Shown here: positions 25,135 to 30,924 of the stretch, one piece after another
Numbering within the stretch: position 1 is the stretch's first letter
Layout: every line of letters starts with the position of its first letter
Assembly: GCA_964549075.1 (NCBI GenBank)
Contig: CAZJUB010000029.1
Location: 1 to 30,924, forward strand
From: an uncultured archaeon
GTDB taxonomy: Archaea > Asgardarchaeota > Heimdallarchaeia > Heimdallarchaeales > Heimdallarchaeaceae
DNA: 30,924 bases
Direction: 5' to 3'
Made by a program: the position numbers and the translations under genes
The notes under the pieces: model-generated
What the model saw: the letters and a program-made list of their open reading frames with translations, nothing else
The model's database searches: none
What the model was told of the DNA's origin: nothing

Positions 25135-27194
25135 TGTCTCATGGACATCCAAGAGGTGGTCCTGGTCGAGCATTTGGAGCGATTAAATATGATCGAGCTC
25201 GTTCAACTAAGGTTCTTGTTGGTAATTTGTGGAGATACATCAGAGTTTATATCAAACCAATAATACTGGTTGTCTCTATCTCTATTGTCTATTCCATTAT
25301 GAGGGTGGTTAGTCCAATAATTATTGGACGGGGAATCAACGTTTTAACTGAAACACCTAGTGCAACAAGTCTGTTAATTGGTCTTACTGTAGCTTTCCTT
25401 CTTTTGACTATTGTAGGATGGGTACTCGATTCTCTATCAACCCGAATACAAGCAAAAATGAATTCAGAAATGTTACATGAAGTAAGATCTGATCTTTATA
25501 GAAAACTTAGTTACTCAGACATGGCTTACTTGAAAAATGAGCAATCTGGTAATGTAACTGCTCGAGTCACAGCTGATACTGGCGAATTAGCTACTGGATT
25601 AATTTTATTTACATCTGTTGTATCTCAATTATTAGTAATAGTTGGATCATTTGTCTGGTTGATGCTTTCAAACTGGATAATTGGTTTAATCTCACTCACT
25701 GCAGTTCCTATTGCTTTTCTCATGGCTAATATTCTTAGTTTTTTTGCTCGTAAAATTGTATTAAGAGTAAGGAGAGCTTTTGGAGTAGTTTCAGCAAAAA
25801 TGGCAGAAGGACTAGAAGGTGTTGCTGTAGCTAAATCATTCAACAGAGAACGAGATTTAGCTACAGAATTACGTGAGTTAAATCATCAGCATTACAAATA
25901 TTCACGGCAATTCGGATTTTTAATGATGTTTATCAATCCAACAATGACAGCTTTAACTTATGGTCTTTTTATTGCAATAATCTATGCGAGTGGATGGATT
26001 AATCAACATACTGGAATCCAATTGGGAGATATTTATACTGATGTTCAACTCTCTCAATCATTCTTATTTCCAATGGTGATGCTATCTATGATGTTTCCAC
26101 AGCTGGAATCTGCTTTAGGTGCTATGGACAGAATTATAGACGTTTTCGAAGCTAAATTAGCTGTAGCAGACAAAACTGATGCAGTGAATCTTCAACAAAC
26201 CGATGATAGTGTCCATTTTGATCATGTAAGTTTTGCTTATACTGATGATAATTATGTTCTTCAAGATGTTACTTTTACGACTAATGCTGGTGAGATGATG
26301 GCTATCGTAGGGCATACCGGTGCAGGTAAAACTACACTATTTTCTTCTCTTCTAACGAGATTTTATGATGTTAGTAAAGGAGCGATTAAGATAGGAAATC
26401 AAGATATTCGAGATGTTAAACAGTCTTCTCTACGTAAAACAATTGGTTTAGTAACTCAAGAACCATTTTTATTTAATGGAACAGTGTTGGAGAACATCTT
26501 ATACGGCTCACCCGATGCAACAAGAGATGACGTTTACTCTATAAGTAAGAGGATTAATGCTGATGAATTTATTGAAGCTTTACCAAATGGTTATGACACT
26601 GTTGTTGTAGAAGGTGGAAAAAAACTCTCTGCAGGACAGAGACAAATTATTACTGTAGCAAGAACCATGCTTGCTGATCCCAGAATATTGGTCTTAGATG
26701 AAGCTACTAGCAGATTGGATACTTATACTGAGTCTCTTATACAAGCTGCTCAACGAGAACTTTTCAGAGGAAGGACGACATTTGTCATTGCTCACAGACT
26801 TTCTACAATCAAAGATGCTGATAGAATAGTAGTTTTTGAAGAAGGAAAACTTATGGAAATGGGTACTCATAATGAATTAATGAAATTAGATGGGATTTAT
26901 GCAGATCTTTACAATACTTACTATGTTCATCAAGGTTTAGAGGACATTTCGCTTTCTCTAGAGGATTTGGAACCAGAGACTTTGGATGAAAGTATTCAGA
27001 AACAATCAATGAACAAGCCTACTTTTACTGTAGGAGCTGGAGGTTCTCATCCATCCGGAAAACCTAAAGAGATGCCTGATAAAAAACAAATGCAAGAATT
27101 TATGGAAGAGCTCAAGAAAAAAGGAGACGAAAAACAACTCCAACATGTCGAAAAAATGATGAAAATGATGAAAAATATGAAGAAAGATGATTAA
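25134..27194 (+). CDS. ABC exporter half-transporter (TMD+NBD), consensus-site subunit with long C-terminal tail
   Basis: GHTGAGKTT, LSAGQRQ, LVLDEATS, IAHR; TGATG stop/start overlap with the partner gene. Confidence 0.93.
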   Translation: MSHGHPRGGPGRAFGAIKYDRARSTKVLVGNLWRYIRVYIKPIILVVSISIVYSIMRVVSPIIIGRGINVLTETPSATSLLIGLTVAFLLLTIVGWVLDSLSTRIQAKMNSEMLHEVRSDLYRKLSYSDMAYLKNEQSGNVTARVTADTGELATGLILFTSVVSQLLVIVGSFVWLMLSNWIIGLISLTAVPIAFLMANILSFFARKIVLRVRRAFGVVSAKMAEGLEGVAVAKSFNRERDLATELRELNHQHYKYSRQFGFLMMFINPTMTALTYGLFIAIIYASGWINQHTGIQLGDIYTDVQLSQSFLFPMVMLSMMFPQLESALGAMDRIIDVFEAKLAVADKTDAVNLQQTDDSVHFDHVSFAYTDDNYVLQDVTFTTNAGEMMAIVGHTGAGKTTLFSSLLTRFYDVSKGAIKIGNQDIRDVKQSSLRKTIGLVTQEPFLFNGTVLENILYGSPDATRDDVYSISKRINADEFIEALPNGYDTVVVEGGKKLSAGQRQIITVARTMLADPRILVLDEATSRLDTYTESLIQAAQRELFRGRTTFVIAHRLSTIKDADRIVVFEEGKLMEMGTHNELMKLDGIYADLYNTYYVHQGLEDISLSLEDLEPETLDESIQKQSMNKPTFTVGAGGSHPSGKPKEMPDKKQMQEFMEELKKKGDEKQLQHVEKMMKMMKNMKKDD

Positions 27195-27207
27195 TTTTTA
27201 TGCCTTT

Positions 27208-28245
27208 CTACTCATTCTTCTTTATCCTTTTTGTTATTTCAATTAATCTTTCGAGACATTTTTTTGTTGATTCTTGCTGATTTTTACCAATCAGTGTTGC
27301 AAGATTCATCTGTAGATTAAATGTTATACGAAATTCAAAGAGAGTGTAGATAAGATTTAAACCTTCAAAAGAGCTCAAAACTATATTCCTTCCTTCTAAA
27401 TATTCTTTCCAGATTCTTTTTCTAATCTCAGGAAAATTCTCCCACCATTTCCATATTCCGAATCCCCACTCGCCAAAATTGAACTCCCAAATAGGATTAT
27501 CTACTCTTACTGTTTCCCAATCCAATATCCCTGTTATTTCCAAATTATCCTTGGTTGCTACTAAGATTTGATCTTCATGAATATCACCATGAAGAAGAAC
27601 ATGATTAAGAGCTACTATTTCTTTGATACAATTTTTCCATAATTTTATTGTCTCCTCCTCGCTAAGAATATCAAATTGAGTAAGTTTATTTTCTCTAATA
27701 TATTTGAGAATTTGATTGTGAACAAAATTGAAAGTTTCTTCCCAAGTTTCCACAGATAGTAATTTTATCTCAAATTTGTATCTTTCAGAGTCGTATATCT
27801 TTCTTTGTACAATCGCTGAAGGTATCTCTTTTAATGAAATATTATGCCAAATCGAAAATAATCTTGCTAAACTAGTATGTATCCTTAGCAATTGTTCCAA
27901 AGTTAAATTATCTTCAATTTTAGAATAAGCAATACCTTTCAATCTCGAAACTTCTGCAAATTCATAAAACGATATGTCAGGAACATAGAATCTTTCAATA
28001 AATCTAGGAATAGGTAAATTTTTCAGATTGTTAAGAAATTCGTAAGTAGTTAGTTCAATATCTAACCATTCGACTCCTTTGGGATCTCTTGGAAATAGAA
28101 AAACTCTTTCTTCAGTAAAAAGAATTAATTTTCTCCAACCATCAAAATTAGCTCTAATATCTTGCGGTTGAACATCAGTTAATTTGCAGAATTTGTCTAA
28201 TTGTTCGTAATTTAAAACACCAAAAACTGCATAATCTACATCCAT
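27208..28245 (-). CDS. Aminoglycoside phosphotransferase / choline kinase-like (APH family) protein
   Basis: LLHGDIHEDQILV and ITGILDWETVRVDNP; ATG 28245 avoids overlap with the divergent gene. Confidence 0.85.
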   Translation of the reverse strand: MDVDYAVFGVLNYEQLDKFCKLTDVQPQDIRANFDGWRKLILFTEERVFLFPRDPKGVEWLDIELTTYEFLNNLKNLPIPRFIERFYVPDISFYEFAEVSRLKGIAYSKIEDNLTLEQLLRIHTSLARLFSIWHNISLKEIPSAIVQRKIYDSERYKFEIKLLSVETWEETFNFVHNQILKYIRENKLTQFDILSEEETIKLWKNCIKEIVALNHVLLHGDIHEDQILVATKDNLEITGILDWETVRVDNPIWEFNFGEWGFGIWKWWENFPEIRKRIWKEYLEGRNIVLSSFEGLNLIYTLFEFRITFNLQMNLATLIGKNQQESTKKCLERLIEITKRIKKNE

Positions 28246-28331
28246 GAAGATTAAGACATATACACAATAATAACTATTTCTTTTCTTTGGTTTGTTCGAT
28301 AGATTTATTATCGTATCAAGAACTAAAAGGA

Positions 28332-29225
28332 ATGATGAATAAGAAACAAGAAACCACAGATACTGACAAAGCTGCAAACGGAGAATTGGTTGAAGAAATC
28401 AAAGCGATGAACAGACGTTGGTATCAGAAAAAATGGTTAGTAATCTTAAGTTTGATTTTAAGCGTTACAACATTTATTGGAGGTTTCTATGTTGAATTCG
28501 ATTCAATATGGCAGTCTGCTGTTCAAACTGTCGTTTTTATTATATCTGCAGGATTCTTTGTTTTAGTACTTTCATATGTTTTCAATATCACCTGGTTCTA
28601 TACACTCAAAAAAAAATCAGATAGAGAATACATGCTATCTGCACTCTTACAGGTTTTCAGTATCTTTGCAATTATCCCAAATATTATTTTAGTGAGTATA
28701 CGTTATACTACCGATTTTATCCTCACAGATGTAAGAGGAGCTTATTTGTTTACTTATTACAAAAACAATTATTCTTCATTATTAGATGATGTATACATAA
28801 GTTGGAAAGTGCTATTTAGTGGTGACAAATTTTGGTTTCAATATCATTTAGGAGTTGAAAATACACAACTTCTCATCGTTTTAATTGTTATCTATTCATT
28901 AATTATCATTATTTTAGGTTTCACTACTTATGCTACCATAAAGAAGATGAAGAAACCATTTAACCTTAAAGACCATCTGAAATATCTTCTGGACTTATTT
29001 TTAATGTTCTATTATGGAATAATGGCTCTCTATGTTTTTATTAAGAAACTAGTCTCTGCAGAAAAATCTAAGAAAACTGATTTTGTTTATTTCCGTAAAT
29101 TCAAAGAGACGGTGATCTTTCTACTAGTCCCATTACTCTTTGTTGGATTATTCTTTGCTCTCTATCTGTTTAGCAATTTTGCAATAGAGTTTCTATTAGA
29201 TTCACCTTGGCCACTATTTTTTTAA
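28332..29225 (+). CDS. Hypothetical multi-pass membrane protein
   Basis: About 6 hydrophobic segments; ATG 28332/28335 more plausible than 28287. Confidence 0.7.
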   Translation: MMNKKQETTDTDKAANGELVEEIKAMNRRWYQKKWLVILSLILSVTTFIGGFYVEFDSIWQSAVQTVVFIISAGFFVLVLSYVFNITWFYTLKKKSDREYMLSALLQVFSIFAIIPNIILVSIRYTTDFILTDVRGAYLFTYYKNNYSSLLDDVYISWKVLFSGDKFWFQYHLGVENTQLLIVLIVIYSLIIIILGFTTYATIKKMKKPFNLKDHLKYLLDLFLMFYYGIMALYVFIKKLVSAEKSKKTDFVYFRKFKETVIFLLVPLLFVGLFFALYLFSNFAIEFLLDSPWPLFF

Positions 29226-29313
29226 AAATTCTAAATTGTGTTCAAAACTACACAAGTACTCTTTTCTAGAATCAATTTATATTTATCTATCATAAAATAA
29301 AAAGTGATACGCT

Positions 29314-30924
29314 ATGGTTAGAGTAAGAAAGAACCGAACTTTAATTTTACTTTCTATTTCTATTTTAACATTAATGATTATGATACCAGCTTTGAGAGCT
29401 GTTGCTTTCACTGATTCAACTCCAACCAATCCTTTCTTAATAATGGAATATAATCCAAATGAAGTCTATTTTGTCAACTCACAAACAATTATAGATAGTT
29501 CAAACCGTGTTCATTTCTTCCTTCAAATCAGGTACTTCAACAGTACCTTTGTTATTCTTCATATCACAGAGGATAAGCTGATAGAAGTAGAAAGAGGACT
29601 TTTTCCAGGATATTTATTCCAAGCTTATTGTATTGGAAACAACGTCAGTTTGATTTACCAATTAGAGAATCAGATTTATCGACATACTCTCAAATTTTAT
29701 TCGTGGAATAATGTGACAGGATCTTCATTATCAACAGTATATACCACTAATGATGTCATCTTTGATCCAAAAGTAATTTTCGAAGATACTATACTTCACA
29801 TTTTAGTTACTAAGTATGAATATAGTTACCCTGAAGGTCTGGATATTACCCATATAAGGATATATCAGAACGGTACAACAGAAGAAGATACATATTTCAT
29901 AGAAGGTATAGTTGACGAGAATGAGCCTTTTATACTAAATAATCAGCTATTTGTTTATCTCAAATATTACAATTACAATGAAACTCTAGAATATTATGAT
30001 AGCACTACAATAATAATAACAGGATTAACTTCAGATGGATATTATAATTCAACTGTGTTTATTATTAATGATACTTGGTTCTTTTCCCAAATATCTGTAA
30101 GTTCTGATAAGAAATTCTATCTAACTTATATTTTATATGGCACTCTTTATACATTCAAATTTGGAATAAATGAAACAATTCTTCCTGAGAATTTCAGAGA
30201 AATTAATTTCGATTCTTATTATTTTAATGGGGTGTTTGATGTCTTTTCATACACAAATAAAACTTATATTGTGTACCAAGATTCCCCAGTTTATTGGTTA
30301 GAATCAATACCCTATTATTATGATCCTTATCAGAAAACGAAGACTCTTAAATTACATGTTATTATCGATGATAACGAGACTTTAAAACAAGATAGTGTAA
30401 TATTTGATGACTTTCCTAATGAGTATCAATTTGAATCTGTCAGTTATGAATTTGTAGAGAACGGCTCATATTCTTTCTTATATTCAGTTATTTTGGAATC
30501 TAGTAGTTTTGAAGATATGAGGTTCATATCTAAGTATGTCTTTGCTTGGAAAGCTTCTTCAGATTTAGATTTGAAGCTTCGTGATGTACCCATTCTATTT
30601 GGAATCAGAAGTTTTACTCCATTCGCATATTTCTGGATCAAATACTGGTATGCTGTAGTTTCACCACTGGTTGTTTTAATGTTGATTTATGTTATTTTCA
30701 GGAAAAGGATTAACAGGGGAATAAAGAAAATGGTAAGGTTCTTACTCCGACCTATAATCCCTGGAGCAAAAAAAATTGAATTGATAGCTGTAAATCTTTG
30801 GTTATTCATAAAAAATGCGTCTTCATTGATATTTATTTTATGGAAAGCAAATAAAAGAAGGCTTGTTATAAGTCTTATAGGAGTCACCATTTTATCTACA
30901 ATAATAGTTACTAGTAAAAGTTTT
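29314..30924 (+). CDS. Large membrane glycoprotein: signal anchor, beta-rich ectodomain, TM, then start of a probable FtsX/MacB-like permease; truncated by the window edge
   Basis: Not in the ORF track. I read 537 stop-free codons from ATG 29314 (MVRVRKNRTLILLSISILTLMIMIPALRA...); many N-x-S/T sequons; TM YWYAVVSPLVVLMLIYVIF-RKR; then LWKANKRRLVISLIGVTILSTIIVTS. Confidence 0.85.
   Translation, partial: MVRVRKNRTLILLSISILTLMIMIPALRAVAFTDSTPTNPFLIMEYNPNEVYFVNSQTIIDSSNRVHFFLQIRYFNSTFVILHITEDKLIEVERGLFPGYLFQAYCIGNNVSLIYQLENQIYRHTLKFYSWNNVTGSSLSTVYTTNDVIFDPKVIFEDTILHILVTKYEYSYPEGLDITHIRIYQNGTTEEDTYFIEGIVDENEPFILNNQLFVYLKYYNYNETLEYYDSTTIIITGLTSDGYYNSTVFIINDTWFFSQISVSSDKKFYLTYILYGTLYTFKFGINETILPENFREINFDSYYFNGVFDVFSYTNKTYIVYQDSPVYWLESIPYYYDPYQKTKTLKLHVIIDDNETLKQDSVIFDDFPNEYQFESVSYEFVENGSYSFLYSVILESSSFEDMRFISKYVFAWKASSDLDLKLRDVPILFGIRSFTPFAYFWIKYWYAVVSPLVVLMLIYVIFRKRINRGIKKMVRFLLRPIIPGAKKIELIAVNLWLFIKNASSLIFILWKANKRRLVISLIGVTILSTIIVTSKSF

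Noticed and set aside
9958-25843. Remaining small ORFs nested in larger genes (9958, 10082, 15655, 18669, 18992, 20079, 22502, 24792, 25625)
   Set aside because: All overlap well-supported genes and show no independent coding signal.
27208-28245. APH, GNAT, nucleotidyltransferase, MFS and ABC genes as an antibiotic-resistance island
   Set aside because: The genes are scattered, family-level matches only, with no mobile elements or evident compositional shift.
28246-28377. Apparent 91-nt head-to-head overlap of the APH and membrane-protein ORFs
   Set aside because: Artefact of longest-ORF calling; starts at 28245 (-) and 28332 (+) leave an ordinary divergent promoter gap.
30444-30890. Two short minus-strand ORFs at the right edge
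   Set aside because: Shadows of the long plus-strand ORF starting at 29314.

Overview
AT-rich, gene-dense prokaryotic window that most likely comes from an Asgard archaeon (Heimdallarchaeia-like). This is inferred from two longin-like domains, a TPR+longin protein, a short histone, TATA-box promoters and oligo-T terminators. It holds about 25 CDSs, mostly accessory metabolism and transport: an MDR oxidoreductase, Dus, a DegT-like PLP enzyme, MFS, GNAT, two DUF1624/HGSNAT-like membrane proteins, NTF2-like proteins, an SDR, a nucleotidyltransferase, PruA, Amt, a heterodimeric ABC exporter, an APH-like kinase and a large truncated membrane glycoprotein. Two of these ORFs run off the window edges and are missing from the ORF track. 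The standout is 4354-6296. A TATA box is followed by two tandem ~75-nt structured non-coding elements that share sequence blocks, spacing and a compensatory base-pair change, and then by a TROVE+vWA gene whose motifs look like the TEP1/p80 type. Both elements carry a GCRGWTACTTCGA motif and end in CTCTCC, closely resembling the conserved core of eukaryotic vault RNAs as I recall it, and also the ACUUC motif of bacterial YrlA Y RNAs. This suggests an undescribed archaeal TROVE/small-RNA ribonucleoprotein locus. No tRNA, rRNA, CRISPR array or mobile element was found.
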